Origin: Longimicrobiales bacterium | GTDB taxonomy: Bacteria; Gemmatimonadota; Gemmatimonadetes; Longimicrobiales; Gaopeijiaceae | Reading direction: 5' to 3' | Assembly (NCBI GenBank): GCA_965219445.1 | Contig: CBDCNQ010000005.1 | Span: 608,001 to 672,000, forward strand | Length of the DNA: 64,000 nt | In this document: positions 1 through 12,821 of the stretch, piece after piece | Position numbering within the stretch: the first letter of the stretch is position 1 | Layout of the letters: every line of letters begins with the position of its first letter | Position numbers and translations under genes: made by a program | Notes under the pieces: generated by a model | Database searches by the model: none | The model's input: the letters and a program-made list of their open reading frames with translations, nothing else | What the model was told of the DNA's origin: nothing

Positions 1-1332
1 GGCGCTACTTCCCGCTCAAGTAGCGTAGTATGATCGTCCATTTCATCCCATGCTGTCCCATAATGTACCATAACTCGGGTTATATCAACGCTATACAGCA
101 CGTATGGACCGTGTTCACAGACTCCCTCTTGCGCCGATTCGTACCGTGTTGTACCATGGTGTATCCGTCGATATGTGATACACAAGTAGGACACCATACA
201 TGCGTAAACGACCGCTTACGGCTGTCTTCGTGGCACGGGTGACGACGCCGGGACGCTACGGCGACGGGGGGCGCGGCGGACTCGGGCTGTACCTCCGCGT
301 CCACCGAATGAAGTCGGGGCGCGTCTCCAAGTCCTGGGGCCAGCGCGTTCGAGCGGGAGGGAAGCCCACCAATCTCGGACTGGGCTCGTATCCGGTCGTG
401 ACGCTCAAGGAAGCGAGGGAGGAGGCGCTGGAGAACAGGCGCGCGCTCCATTGGGGCCACGATCCGAGAGCCGCCGGGGTTCCCACCTTCGAGGCGGCCG
501 TCGAGAAGGTGATCGTGATCCACTCGCCGACCTGGAAGAGCCCTTCCCGCATCGCCGGACAGTGGCGGCAGACGCTGAGGGACTACGCCCATCCGCGCAT
601 CGGCCGAAAGCGCGTGAGCGAGGTCGCGACGGCCGACGTGCTCGCGATCCTACAGCCCATCTGGTCAAGCAAGCCCGCAGCGGCGAGGGTCGTGCGTCAG
701 CGGATCGGCGCGGTGATGAAGTGGGCCGTCGCGAAGGGCTACCGGTCGGACAACCCGGCGGGTGACGCCATCGCCGCCGCGCTGCCGCGGAACGGCAACG
801 CCACCCGGCATCACCAGGCGCTCCCGCATGGCGAGGTGTCGGCGGCGCTGGTCAAGGTCCGCAACTCGGGGTCCCATGCCGGTGTCCGGCTGGCGCTCGA
901 GTTCATGGTCCTGACCGCGACTCGCTCGAACGAGGTCCGGGGCGCGACGTGGGACGAGTTCGATCACGATGTCTGGACCATTCCCGCCAGCCGCATGAAG
1001 GCGAAGCGCGAGCACCGGGTTCCCCTGTCGAGGCGGGCCTTGGAGATCCTTGAGGAAGCCCGGAAGCGCCACGACGACGGCGAGATCGTCTTCCGGGGCG
1101 CGAAGGGAGGAGGCATCAACGCCTCGCTGTTCAGCGGCTTGCTCCGGGGTCTCGGCATCGAGGGAACGCCTCACGGGATGAGGTCCTCGTTCCGCGACTG
1201 GTGTTCGGAGACGGGCGTGGCGCGCGAGGTGGCCGAAGCGGCGCTGGCCCATGTCGTGAAGAACAAGGTCGAGGCCGCCTACGCCCGTTCCGACCTGCTG
1301 GACCGGAGGCGCGAGGTCATGGAGGCCTGGGC
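1..1332 (+). repeat. Long direct repeat, copy 1 (copy 2 at 40580-41911); left end lies outside the window
   Basis: Offset 40579; ORF translations in the two copies are the same; first difference at 1333 vs 41912. Confidence 0.95.
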
Positions 1333-1384
1333 TGCGTACCTGGTCGGCGAGCGCCGGTCCGCTGAGGCCGATCCGGTCTGCTGA
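200..1384 (+). CDS. P4-like tyrosine integrase with arm-binding N-terminus
   Basis: GRYGDG..GLYL, LGLGSYP..LKEAREEA, TATRSNE, MKAKREHRVPL, HGMRSSFRDW, LAH, AAY. Confidence 0.93.
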   Translation: MRKRPLTAVFVARVTTPGRYGDGGRGGLGLYLRVHRMKSGRVSKSWGQRVRAGGKPTNLGLGSYPVVTLKEAREEALENRRALHWGHDPRAAGVPTFEAAVEKVIVIHSPTWKSPSRIAGQWRQTLRDYAHPRIGRKRVSEVATADVLAILQPIWSSKPAAARVVRQRIGAVMKWAVAKGYRSDNPAGDAIAAALPRNGNATRHHQALPHGEVSAALVKVRNSGSHAGVRLALEFMVLTATRSNEVRGATWDEFDHDVWTIPASRMKAKREHRVPLSRRALEILEEARKRHDDGEIVFRGAKGGGINASLFSGLLRGLGIEGTPHGMRSSFRDWCSETGVAREVAEAALAHVVKNKVEAAYARSDLLDRRREVMEAWAAYLVGERRSAEADPVC

Positions 1385-1427
1385 GGCGCTGGCTCATGAC
1401 CCGTTACCTGTCAGGAGCCAGCCTACC

Positions 1428-1957
1428 GGTCCTCCGGGATCGGCTCGCCGAGCTCGAGATCCCGTTCGAGACCGAGGAGAGCGAGGGCGGTGCGGGCAGC
1501 GAACTCAGGGAGCAGGTGGAGGCGATCGAGCGCTGGTACCTGAACGACTGGGTGGCACTCGATGCCAAGCTCCGCACCTCCATCGTGGAAGGCATCTCGG
1601 TCTTCCTGTCGCTGTTCGATCAGTCCGGCGTGGCCGGAGTGTTCTGTCCGCCGCCTCCGGAGCCGGATGAATCTACATCTATACATATAGGTGACGGTGC
1701 GCCCGGCGAGGACGCCGCGGCCGTCCGGCCCATGTCGGGCCCCCGCCGCCGGCTGCCGCCGCTCACGGAGCTGATCGAAGGGGGCCGGGTCGTGGCCCTC
1801 AACATGCCTGCGGGCGCGAACCCGGCGCTCGGCCGCGCCATCGGCGTGCTGCTCAAGAACGCCTGGATGCAGGCGCTGCTCCGGCGGCCCGCAGAGGCCG
1901 CCCGCCGGCCCGGACGCTACCTCCGGCCCGCAGTGTTCATCTGCGACGAGTACCAGT
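1428..1957 (+). pseudogene. Internal fragment of a VirD4/TraD-like type IV coupling protein
   Basis: LIEGGRVVALNMPAGANPALGRAIGVLLKNAW...PAVFICDEYQ (Walker B-like); coding character is lost after 1957. Confidence 0.65.
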
Positions 1958-2570
1958 CGGATGTGTTATGGATAATAACACCATGTGGCATAACAGTTTA
2001 TGGTGTCGCTTGTCCCCCGTCGATCACCCTTGAGATCACCCTTTTCGCGGCGGGTAGCGGAATCCCATGGAGCAGTTCCGTTCGCCGTTCGGTCGTTCGG
2101 CCGTCCTGTGGGACCCGGCCTCGTCCCATAGCGACTTCCGGCAACTCAAGTTCGACGGCGGCCGCATCTCGGGGGATGAGGCACGCTTCTCGAAGCGGTC
2201 GCTGCTCGCCGTGTTCCAGCCATCGAGGCTCCTCCGCGGCCGGGTGGAGCGAGGGTGCCGGGCCGCCGGGGCCGGTGGACCTCCCGAGGGCGGTCGGCGG
2301 ACGAAGCCCGTCAGTGCGGATGAGCGAGGGCTGGTGTGAGCTCTGCGACGACCGCTGGCAACTGACGATCGCACAGCATAAGGGTTCCACGTTCGTCGAT
2401 GTATCGTGCCCAGATGATGCCGTCCCGAACCCTTAGAGGCCGTCAGAGCCGACTTTTCGACGCCGGGAGGGGTCTAGGCCATCCGAAACCGGGGCAATTC
2501 TGAGGGCAATCCAGCGGCGAGCTCTAGGGGAGTACAGTAGCCGCGGGCTTTTTCCGACCGGGATGCAGAG

Positions 2571-3134
2571 TCAACAGTAGCCCTCGTTCACCCGCAGGTA
2601 CTGCAGGATGAACTCGTCTAGGATCTCCGACAGGCGCTCCTGCATAAGGTGGCGCGGGAGCCCATGCATACTCTCGAGCCTAAACACCCCATGCGGCGCA
2701 CTCATCCCGCTTGCGGGGTCGTAGAAAGTCTTCTCGAGAGTTACAACGCCGATTTGCACCACTACTCCATTCGTGAACGGCCCATTGCCAAACACCATGC
2801 TCACATTCAACCGGGGCAGCGTTGTTGGCTGGTAAGGGTCAGAGTCCCCCACGCCCGCATACAGCCTGGCTCCCCGTAGGCGGCTTTCCGCCAGCCTCGC
2901 GGCGCGCTCCCCGAGTATCCTCCATGCCGCTATTCTCTCGTCGTAGGAGCCTTCTATCGAGCGGTCCATCGCGGACACGTTGAGATACACCGGCGCGCAC
3001 TCGGTGAACAGCGCGAAGCGGGCGTGGTCGGCAGCCCTCGCAGCCATCGCAGCACGAATCTCCTCGACTGTCGTTTGGCCCGCCAGCGGCGCGGCGAGCG
3101 CAAGGATGGCCAGAGCGAGCAGGGATAGGCGCAT
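2571..3134 (-). CDS. Secreted hypothetical protein
   Basis: Signal peptide MRLSLLALAILALAAPLAG, GAGGAGG RBS, 187 aa. Confidence 0.75.
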   Translation of the reverse strand: MRLSLLALAILALAAPLAGQTTVEEIRAAMAARAADHARFALFTECAPVYLNVSAMDRSIEGSYDERIAAWRILGERAARLAESRLRGARLYAGVGDSDPYQPTTLPRLNVSMVFGNGPFTNGVVVQIGVVTLEKTFYDPASGMSAPHGVFRLESMHGLPRHLMQERLSEILDEFILQYLRVNEGYC

Positions 3135-3159
3135 GGGTTCTTTCCTCCTCGTGCCCGTC

Positions 3160-3375
3160 TCAGTCGGCTAGTCCTGCGGCAGGGAGAGCTCGGCAGGGCC
3201 GGGAACGCCGGACGTGGGCGCTATTTTCGCCTCGATCCGAGCGACCCGCTCCCGCAGGTCTCCTACGATGGGCTTCCAGTGCGGCTAGGCGAGCCTCGAT
3301 CCTGGCGTGACCCGTGAAGGTCAACCCCGCGAGCCCGACCCCTACCGGGATGATGGCGACGATTTCTCCGCTCAT
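3160..3375 (-). pseudogene. Small membrane-anchored coiled-coil protein, probably frameshifted
   Basis: MSGEIVAIIPVGVGLAGLTFTG then ARIEARLAALEA; tail looks out of frame. Confidence 0.35.
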
Positions 3376-3665
3376 GTTCAGATAGTAGCGGGCCAGTCGA
3401 GCAGGCACCATCTGGAGTCATAGACTGGTGCCAGGCTGCGGTGTCGGGGCCGCAGTCAGTGGACTGATCCAGACCTACGTGGGGAGAGGCTGGGGCTTGT
3501 GGATCCCGTATACGAAGCGTTCCGGGTGTTGGGACTACACCAAGCCGCGCTGGGTCAGCGATGCTTCCGGCTGAACGAAACGGCCAAAGCGAACGCGCAC
3601 CAACAACCCCCGGGCGTGTGCGTTCCCGGCCGCTGTGACGGCACCGCAGGCGCGGACTAACGTGC

Positions 3666-3730
3666 TTAAGCCAGCATACCCTTTGTACCCACAAAGGGGC
3701 TGGCGAGGGGCTCCGCCCCTTCGATCCCGA
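3666..3730 (-). other. oriT-like site (ColE1/MOB-P5 nic-like CTGGCTTA) with hairpins
   Basis: Minus strand GGGTATGCTGGCTTAA; the motif recurs across the island. Confidence 0.55.
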
Positions 3731-3962
3731 AGGACGCCCGCGCTCCGCTGCGGCGTGCGTGCTCGCCCAGCGGAGTACCGAAGGCCCGAATCACGGCAGG
3801 AGATCACGTAAGTCTAATCAGGACTGCACGATCTGCCACTCTTGCCGTTGGGCTATATCCGTTTCCGTCAGATCATGATGGCGGGAAAAACAGGGTTGAT
3901 CAGCGGGAATCCGGACTAGCTTAGAGTGCTCTTGTCGGCGGTCGAAGGATCATCGCGGCGGC

Positions 3963-4670
3963 CTACAAGGGAGAGGGTTCCCATGAGGACTGGTCCTCTT
4001 TCATCCGGTAGTGTGACACACGCGAGCCGACCAGACGCCCTGGGTCCAGTGGATGCTTGGCGAACGGGTTGTGGTACACAGCCAAAGCATACTCGGGGTC
4101 TCCTGCCGTGTCCGGTGATTCCGGCCCGGACAGACCGAAAGGAATCGCGACGCCATCGAAGAACTCGCGCAGCACGGCGATGCAGGACACCGATGTGTTC
4201 ATCTCGGGAGTCAGCTTCTTGCCGGGACCTGGTCGTTCGCGGATAGGAACGATAGGCGAGCCCTGATCTGTCGGAACGTAGTACTCGATGACATCCAGAC
4301 CGCGCATGGCGGTGAGCACGGCGTAGGGGTCGTCGTGTAGTGTGCATGGGGTACGGTTGTACACGACCACCATTCCCGGGTCAGACTGTCCAAGCGCCTT
4401 TAGCTGATTGTTGGCCTTCGGGATCACCTGACGCAGCCGATGTCCCGGTTTGCCGCCTAGCACGCCTGACCCCCTTCCTTGTGCTGCTTCCTGTTCCTCC
4501 GGATTCGGATCGAATTGCTTGACCTCCACTACGATACCAGCACTATCCCCCAACTGGAGGCGGAAATCGGGCACCTTGCTGCCCTCCGCCACGGAGTGCT
4601 CGTCAATCCTCTCGACCCGCCAGCCTTGAGACTTGCAGAAGCGGCGAAAAAGTTCTTCGGACTCGGTCAT
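3963..4670 (-). CDS. Hypothetical protein with PD-(D/E)XK nuclease-like motif
   Basis: E..F, KVPDF...VVEVK in the N-terminal third; 235 aa. Confidence 0.7.
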   Translation of the reverse strand: MTESEELFRRFCKSQGWRVERIDEHSVAEGSKVPDFRLQLGDSAGIVVEVKQFDPNPEEQEAAQGRGSGVLGGKPGHRLRQVIPKANNQLKALGQSDPGMVVVYNRTPCTLHDDPYAVLTAMRGLDVIEYYVPTDQGSPIVPIRERPGPGKKLTPEMNTSVSCIAVLREFFDGVAIPFGLSGPESPDTAGDPEYALAVYHNPFAKHPLDPGRLVGSRVSHYRMKEDQSSWEPSPL

Positions 4671-4848
4671 CCGGCGTTCTATCTTTCAAATGAAGTTTCG
4701 AGGAGCTCAAGAGATCAAAGATAAACAGGCCGGCCGCGTCCGCGAGTCGGGCGATCAGTCGCGCCCGGGACTGTGACCGCGATCCGCAGTCCGCCCGCCC
4801 TGAAGCCTGCGGGCTCGACGGCCTCGGTCGTTTGACCCTTCGCGCGCC

Positions 4849-7800
4849 CTATTGGGGAAGCGCTTGTTCCAGCAACTCGTAATCCGTCACGAGATCCAAC
4901 ACATCTCGCGCCTTTCCGGAAAACTGCATCGGAGCGAGTTGCTCTGTCACCAGCGCCGACCGCAACTGCAATCGGTCTACGGGAACACCTACGAAGTCCG
5001 CAAGCCGTTGGCGATTGGCTTCAAGAAACGAAACACGGTCGAGGTGCCTCTGCAATGGCGTGCGTTTCCCGTCAACAGTTCCGGCAGAGTACTCTTTCAA
5101 GCGCTCCCCGATCTCGCCGCAGGTGCGGTCGCAACGGAGGCTCTTGCACTCGACAGCGTACACCAGCCCGGTAGCCGGTTGCCATGCCAAGACATCCACA
5201 TCTCCGAGCGACTGGCCGCCTCCGAATCGCGTGAGCCTCACTTCCCCCTTCGTCTTCCACCGCAACTCGCCGAGCCGTTCGGCTACCCTGCGCGCGAACT
5301 CATGCCCATTCCTATCTGCCGCTCTTCCTATACAGGCGCCCATCTCTGGACTGTCAAAGAGGGTCCCTGGAAGTTCGCCGAATGCCGCTTGGTGTAGGTA
5401 GCGCAACGTCCCAGCAAGTATCGAAGGCACCACGGTCACGAAGGGATCGGCCTCCATCGACAATTGGACGAGCGGACGGCGCATGATGGACAGACGGCGG
5501 TTGTATCGCCACGGCCACCAGTCTCTTGCCCTGGCGTTGTCAGGATCATCCTCATTCCACCGAGATCTAGGAACAAGCGCAAATGCTTCGAATACACGCT
5601 CCGGATTCATCACGCCGACATGTCGTAGCCGCTGGACGACTTCGCTTCTCCTGAGCCGCAAATGGGCGCCGTTCGCCTCCAAGGCTTCCACCGTGAGTCG
5701 ATGGACAAACGTCCCGTACTGTTCTGGGCTCAGGCCAAACTCGGCGAGAAAGGCGGATGGGAACTCCGGGTCTGCCACTCCATCCTCGCCTGCGCTCATA
5801 CCGTCGACTTCGTCATCCGTCGCCGCATCCCGAAATGTTCGCTGCCAATGTTCGGTTATCAGCAGACCTGTCGCCGCTGCGGTTGACTCGTCGAATCCGA
5901 AGGAACCATTCGGGTGCATGACCGGCGGGTGCGTCGCTAAACCGTAGTGCAACGCGTCGCTTTGCCCGGCACATTCCAGAAGCGTCGCAACCTCCGCAAC
6001 CAGAAGGTCGAGGTCCGTCCCCGAGCAGGGTGATCCGGTACCGTACGGCGATGTGCACAGCGCCATCTCCGCAATGATCCGGCAAGCCAGACCGGCGGTA
6101 TCCCGGCGAAGGACGTGCTCGTTCGCGGCACCCCTGACCTGCGCATGGTCGTAGAGGGCGAGTTGCGCCGCCGTCGACCGCAGCCAATCCCGATGCTCCT
6201 TCCGGGCCGCGACGTAATTCAAGAGCGATCGTTCGATCACGCTTTCTCGGGAGAGATCGACGAGCCGCGATCTGATGCGCTGCCAAAGCTCAACCACCGC
6301 ATCATTGAGAAGCGCGACGGCACGGGCCGACGGAATGGGGCCTGGTTTGCCCTGGTATCCGGCCCGGCGCCCAAGCTCGAAACGGCTCCAAGCCCAATCT
6401 TCCGGCATCAAGAGGCGCAACTTCGGAAGCGCGGCAACGTCATAGATCGCATCTTCCGGCGTGCTGCTCGGTGTCATCTTGAGGAAACGGGCGCTTTCGG
6501 ATCCGACCATGTCGCCCACCCATTCCTCCAGGTCAGCATCGGAAACAGCCTGGTTGCCGCACAGCGAATCCACGCCTCGCACCAACGACTCAATCATCAG
6601 GCGGTCGCCGAGATTGCCCGCGCTTAGAAAGCAACGTAAGTACTGCGACGTGCAGTCGATGGCGATCCCTCCGCCTTCTACAGCCACCGCAGGTGCTACT
6701 GGTGCCTCCGGCATCTGAATGCCCCGTTGATCGAACGTCTCGATGTCTGGGAAACGGACCCTAATGGCTACAGGACCGGACGGCAGCGTGGTGTTCCGGT
6801 CTTCGAGCAGGGGGACCAAGCGGACCAGCCAGCCGAGGACCATCGCCAGAACGCCGAACGCGACATCGAGGTGCCATCCGGCTTCCGGAAGCTGGCTGCA
6901 TTGGACCCACCATGGTCGCGAGGCGGATTCTACGCAGGCCAGAGGTTCTCCGTGAGCCCAATGCCTGCGACTGAGGAATACCAGGCGACCCCGTGCCTCG
7001 TCGAAATATTCGCCTGTCGGATCGCGCTGGACATCCACCCATGAGTTGCCATCGGGACCCACCGAAGCGTGTCGATCGAGCGCAGTGCGCACCTTGTGGC
7101 GCAGCGGCAAGATAAAGTCGCTGTGCAGGAGCATCGGACCCGGGCTAAAGTTCTCCGGCACGAGCTCAAACCCAACGTGATCCGCGAAGGCCGCCAAGTT
7201 CAAGAAACCGCGCAGATTCGGAAAGACGACGCCCGCTGCTTCCAATTCGTCGACCATCTGGAGAAGCTTCCAGGCCCGCATCGCGGTGAAGTCCGTTTCG
7301 CTTCCCAAGAGCATGAAATCAGGCGCAGATATGCAAAGCTGATGCCAGCCGTCTGGAAGATCTCCCCATACCGGCGCAAACTCACGGCCGATGCCGCCAT
7401 GAACCAGCACCGTCAGGCCTCTCCGGCAACGGTCTTCGCGGGCAAGCTCAGCCGCCCGGTCATGGATTCTTTCCCAGACGGCGTCCTCAAGCCTGTGAAC
7501 GCTTGCTAGTCCCTCCCTGGCGATCTCCTCGAAATCATCGGGAACAAAGACTACATGGACATACGCGTCCTCATCGAAGGCTCCGACGAACTCCCTCATG
7601 CCATCGTCTGGATCACGCTCGAGCATCCTCACGTATTCGATGCCCCAGTCTGGCCTTCCCAATAGGAACGCCTCGATGAACTGCTCCAGGTGGCAGGTCG
7701 ATTGAAACAGCCGCAGGTCCCCCGCCGCTGTAGCCTGCTCAATCACGAAGCGCCTGATCGCTGCCCCGATGCCTGTCGGAAGCGCCACCGTCGTCTGGCC

Positions 7801-8568
7801 CCTGAACCGCACCAATGGCCATCGTTCCAACGCCGTGTGGCCGATCGACTGCCCGGCGAGCAACCGCGCATGCTCTCTTTGGAACAGGAACGGGTTGAGG
7901 TCCGCACGACGGACACCGATGGCGACCAACTCATCGTCACTGAAGCGGACATGACCATTCGATTCGGCCACCGCTGAAGCATTGACGGCAATCGTCTCCC
8001 TCGGCCTGCCTTTCGTGCGAGTATTCCGCGCAATCCCAGCGCGATCAGCAACCGCCTCGCTCACTCGCAGCAGGGCCATGACATGCCGCAGTGTTTGCAT
8101 CGCCCAAGGACGTTCATGGAGGTGGAGCAGCGCTTCGACGCAGGCCTGCACATGATCTGAGTTGTTTGGCCAGCGACCCCCGAACAACCGGGAGTTTCCC
8201 CACGTTCCCACGTTCGAGACGAAGACATCTTCGACGGGAACCTCAAGCTGACAAATGGGATCGTCCGAGACCATCCCGTTCAACCACTGCCGCAAGTGTC
8301 GCGGCCGGGGCTCCTTGTTCCCGCAGCAGGCCAGCGCCGCCAGATGGATCAAGGCTTCAATCCGGGCGGTCGCGCAGTGATTCTCCGGGCGGGTCAGCAG
8401 TCCGGCCAAGGGGGCCGCAACGAGAGGGAAGCTGAACTTCTCAAGACGCTTCAGCAGCCTGCCGAGGCGCGCGGCAATGCTTCTGATTTCGTGCAACTCA
8501 CCACTTGCTGCGTTCGCCATGAGTGCGGCGACTGCCTCGTCATGCGGATCGGGTGCAGTCTTTCTCAA
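4849..8568 (-). CDS. Large hypothetical protein with C-terminal NERD/PD-(D/E)XK-like nuclease domain
   Basis: 1239 aa ORF; GHEF..LGDVDVLAW..YAVECKS..H..R near C-terminus; start uncertain. Confidence 0.75.
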   Translation of the reverse strand: MRKTAPDPHDEAVAALMANAASGELHEIRSIAARLGRLLKRLEKFSFPLVAAPLAGLLTRPENHCATARIEALIHLAALACCGNKEPRPRHLRQWLNGMVSDDPICQLEVPVEDVFVSNVGTWGNSRLFGGRWPNNSDHVQACVEALLHLHERPWAMQTLRHVMALLRVSEAVADRAGIARNTRTKGRPRETIAVNASAVAESNGHVRFSDDELVAIGVRRADLNPFLFQREHARLLAGQSIGHTALERWPLVRFRGQTTVALPTGIGAAIRRFVIEQATAAGDLRLFQSTCHLEQFIEAFLLGRPDWGIEYVRMLERDPDDGMREFVGAFDEDAYVHVVFVPDDFEEIAREGLASVHRLEDAVWERIHDRAAELAREDRCRRGLTVLVHGGIGREFAPVWGDLPDGWHQLCISAPDFMLLGSETDFTAMRAWKLLQMVDELEAAGVVFPNLRGFLNLAAFADHVGFELVPENFSPGPMLLHSDFILPLRHKVRTALDRHASVGPDGNSWVDVQRDPTGEYFDEARGRLVFLSRRHWAHGEPLACVESASRPWWVQCSQLPEAGWHLDVAFGVLAMVLGWLVRLVPLLEDRNTTLPSGPVAIRVRFPDIETFDQRGIQMPEAPVAPAVAVEGGGIAIDCTSQYLRCFLSAGNLGDRLMIESLVRGVDSLCGNQAVSDADLEEWVGDMVGSESARFLKMTPSSTPEDAIYDVAALPKLRLLMPEDWAWSRFELGRRAGYQGKPGPIPSARAVALLNDAVVELWQRIRSRLVDLSRESVIERSLLNYVAARKEHRDWLRSTAAQLALYDHAQVRGAANEHVLRRDTAGLACRIIAEMALCTSPYGTGSPCSGTDLDLLVAEVATLLECAGQSDALHYGLATHPPVMHPNGSFGFDESTAAATGLLITEHWQRTFRDAATDDEVDGMSAGEDGVADPEFPSAFLAEFGLSPEQYGTFVHRLTVEALEANGAHLRLRRSEVVQRLRHVGVMNPERVFEAFALVPRSRWNEDDPDNARARDWWPWRYNRRLSIMRRPLVQLSMEADPFVTVVPSILAGTLRYLHQAAFGELPGTLFDSPEMGACIGRAADRNGHEFARRVAERLGELRWKTKGEVRLTRFGGGQSLGDVDVLAWQPATGLVYAVECKSLRCDRTCGEIGERLKEYSAGTVDGKRTPLQRHLDRVSFLEANRQRLADFVGVPVDRLQLRSALVTEQLAPMQFSGKARDVLDLVTDYELLEQALPQ

Positions 8569-8626
8569 GGAAGGTGTTTCGGTCAGTCAGAACTTGAAGT
8601 TGGCTGGCACGGGGACGGATGATCGT

Positions 8627-8908
8627 TCATACACACAAGGTAGTTGACGTACCGGTACCGAACGTGACGGAGGGTGCTGCCGAAGCGATTCCCTTTCGGG
8701 ACCGAAGTTGCAAGACCTCATCGCAGTTGACGCACCGATAACGTGGATGGTGCTTCTTGCCGGTGTACCTGAACACGTAGTCGCCATTGCCCAGGTCGTG
8801 GTATTCGTAGTTGCGCGGAGGCTTCTTGCGCCTCCTGGATCTTGAGATCCTGGCCGTTCTGAGGGGTCGCAGCACTGCGGCCAGGAGGGTCGCGACGGCC
8901 TCAATCAT
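8627..8908 (-). CDS. Small basic hypothetical protein with CxxC
   Basis: ATG 8908 just after the RM gene; RYRCVNCDE. Confidence 0.35.
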   Translation of the reverse strand: MIEAVATLLAAVLRPLRTARISRSRRRKKPPRNYEYHDLGNGDYVFRYTGKKHHPRYRCVNCDEVLQLRSRKGIASAAPSVTFGTGTSTTLCV

Positions 8909-11644
8909 TGGTTGGAGGAATAGGGTCACGGAGCGACCACCACGTCTGAATGACCAGCGGCGAGCGCGTTCATCCATGCGAGGGCCAGATCGCGGGACCG
9001 GTAGGTCCCATATGCGGCTGTCTCTTCGCGTTCGACGATGGGAAAGGTCGAGTAGATGTAGCGTATATCCTCCCGGTCCGTCACCCCGTACAGGTGGAAA
9101 TAGAGCGCATCCAGCTTGGCGCGGAGGTGGAGGCGCCTGCCGTCGTCCCAACGGAAGGGCGGCAGTACCTCACCCGCCTCGTCCACGTGGCCCAACTCGT
9201 GGGCAAACGGAGCCATGTCGTGTGCCGTATAGGAGAGTTCCAGCACGGCCTCGCGGACGATCTCCTGCGCCGTCTTGGGTCCGAAGCTCACGGCCCCGTA
9301 CCGCTCCGGTGGTACGACGGGAAGTTGCTCGACGATGAACCAGTTCAGATGCTGGCCCTGGATCTTCTGACGCGCCACGTAGTCGAATAGCACGGCGTTG
9401 AAGTTCGCCAAGAGGCACGTTACGTCGGCCCCGCCGTACCAGTCTGCCGAAACGATGGGGAGCGTGTTCCCTACTCCGGAGCCCGGTATCAGAGCGGCGA
9501 TCATCGAGCGAACGTTCGTTGGCGCGGTGACGTCCTTGAATCCCAGCAGGTATGAGGCTGTCGGGAACGACGTCTTGCCACGGAGCACCCAGTATTGCGG
9601 GTCGGGCAGCCAGTTCGGGTCCCGATGCTGCTCCGGGGTGGCCGGTTTCGGCTGGGCGGGGCGGTGAAGGTTCTTCGGGTTGATGACGATGCTGGCGGCC
9701 CGGTGGTCGAACGCCTGCACCATCTTGCCCTCGTAGAGCGGCACCCATTCGCCGGACCGGCTCTGGTATCGGTTGCCGCCGACCGGCCACGCGCCTTCCT
9801 TATCCTCCAGTTCCGACCGGGTGCGGAACTGGTCGGAGTCGTTGGTCATGTGGAACATCGTCGAGTACTTCACCGGCCACGCCTTCACGGCCTCGCCCGA
9901 CGAGCGGTCCACCAGCACCGGCAAGCGGTCGTAGATCGCCGTCGTGAGTTCCGCGTCGCGGCGCGAGCGGAAGATGGGAGCCGTGCCCGTGTTCGGATTG
10001 ACCCGGGCGAAGTCGGCGGCCGAGAGGGGGAAGCACCGCTCCGGGTCTCCGGTCTCCGAAACGTCTTGCAGAAAGAACGCACAGCGGGCCGGTTCATTCC
10101 CCGGTGCCGGGCTGGCGACGAAGGCGCAGAACTTGAACCGGCTGTCCACGTCTGGGAAGAAAGGCGGCACGTCGTAGCGCGTCCGCCGGTTCTCGAAATC
10201 GTAGAGGGCCTTGAGTCTGCCCTCGGTGGCCACGCTCTTGAAGAACGGGGCCGCCATCTTGTCCGACGCGATGCCGGACGGCACGAGCAGCCCGACCATG
10301 CCGTCGGGCTTGACGAGCGTCATGGCCCGTTCGACGAACAGCGAGTAAAGGTTCAGGTCGCCGCGTGCCAACAGCGGATAGCTGCCCGAGCCGCGGGCCA
10401 CCCGCGCGCCCGCGGCGGCTTGTTCGCTCGCAAGCTGGAAGTCCCCGGCCAACGGGTCTTTCGCCTTCTGGAGTTCGGCGATCATGCGTTTCCGGTCGGC
10501 AGCGCGGGGCGCCATGGCGATCTCGCGCCGGCGGGACGCGAACCATTCGACCTGCTGGAGCTTCATCCGGTCCCATGGCGGGTTGCCGATCACCGCGTCG
10601 AAGCCGCCGGTCAACTCCGCGGCTTCCCAGTCCGACCACACGCCGGGGAACGCCACCTGCCAGTTCAGGAAACGCTCACTGGCTACCAGTCCCAAGGCAT
10701 CCATCAGAAAGGGAAGGTCGGCATCCGACGAATCAGTTTGCTCCCCCTGGGCGACGCCCATCTGATCGCCGAACACACCATCCAACCATTTGAGAAACGC
10801 GGCCTTGACCTCACGCTTTCGGAGGCCCAGCCAGTCGAAGGCGTGAAGAAGCGACATGAAGGCGTGCAGGGGAGCGGTCATCTCCGAGACTTCGGCGAAG
10901 ATGTCGGCCGAACGGTGCGCCTCGGCGATCTCGGCGTCCGTCAACCCCTCTATGATCTGCATCGGCGCAGCCGCGCGCGTGGCCCGCACGAGCGTTCCCC
11001 TCAGGAACAGGCTGCTCTTCTCGTCCGTCCTGCGCACGGCGGGCTCCACCCACGCGCCGAACAGGCTGTCGCCGCAGCGGAGGTGATGATCCAGAAAGCT
11101 CAGCGGGGCGCCGACGGTGAACGTATGGAGCCACAGCGAGACCTTGGTCAGTTCCACCGCCATCGGATTCTTGTCCACTCCGTAGACGCAGCGCTTCAGC
11201 ACCATGCGGCGGACGATGTGCCGGTCGTCGAGTTGGGCCGGATCGAATGTCCAGCCCCTGTCCTCCGCGTTGTCCATGATCGTGTTGCGGATCCCGTCGA
11301 TCCGCTCCAGCAACGGCGAGAGGTATCCGTCCACGAGAGCTTCGGCCTCGGCCATCGCCTCGATAACGCGATCGGCAAGGTAGTCCACGAGGTTGACGAG
11401 GAAGTGTCCAGAGCCCATCGCCGGATCGCAGACCTTCAGCTCCAGCAGCTTCTCTGCCGGGTCTAGCCGCTTCAGGCGACCGATACGGTGGTCCTCCGGC
11501 ATCTTGTTTGACGCGATCTCCTCCACCTTGGCGGCGAAATGCTTCATGCGCGCGTCCGCCAGCGGCCCGACCGTCTCCCGCACGATCAGGTCAACCAGAT
11601 CGTCGGGCGTGTAGTAGCTGCCCGAGTCCTTGCGCGCGAACACG

Positions 11645-12821
<1,177 letters not shown>

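Noticed and set aside
9595..11466. 623-aa plus-strand ORF and other long antisense ORFs (12667-14157, 15770-17647, 24728-26095, 47338-48756)
   Set aside because: Shadows of real genes in high-GC DNA; no motifs
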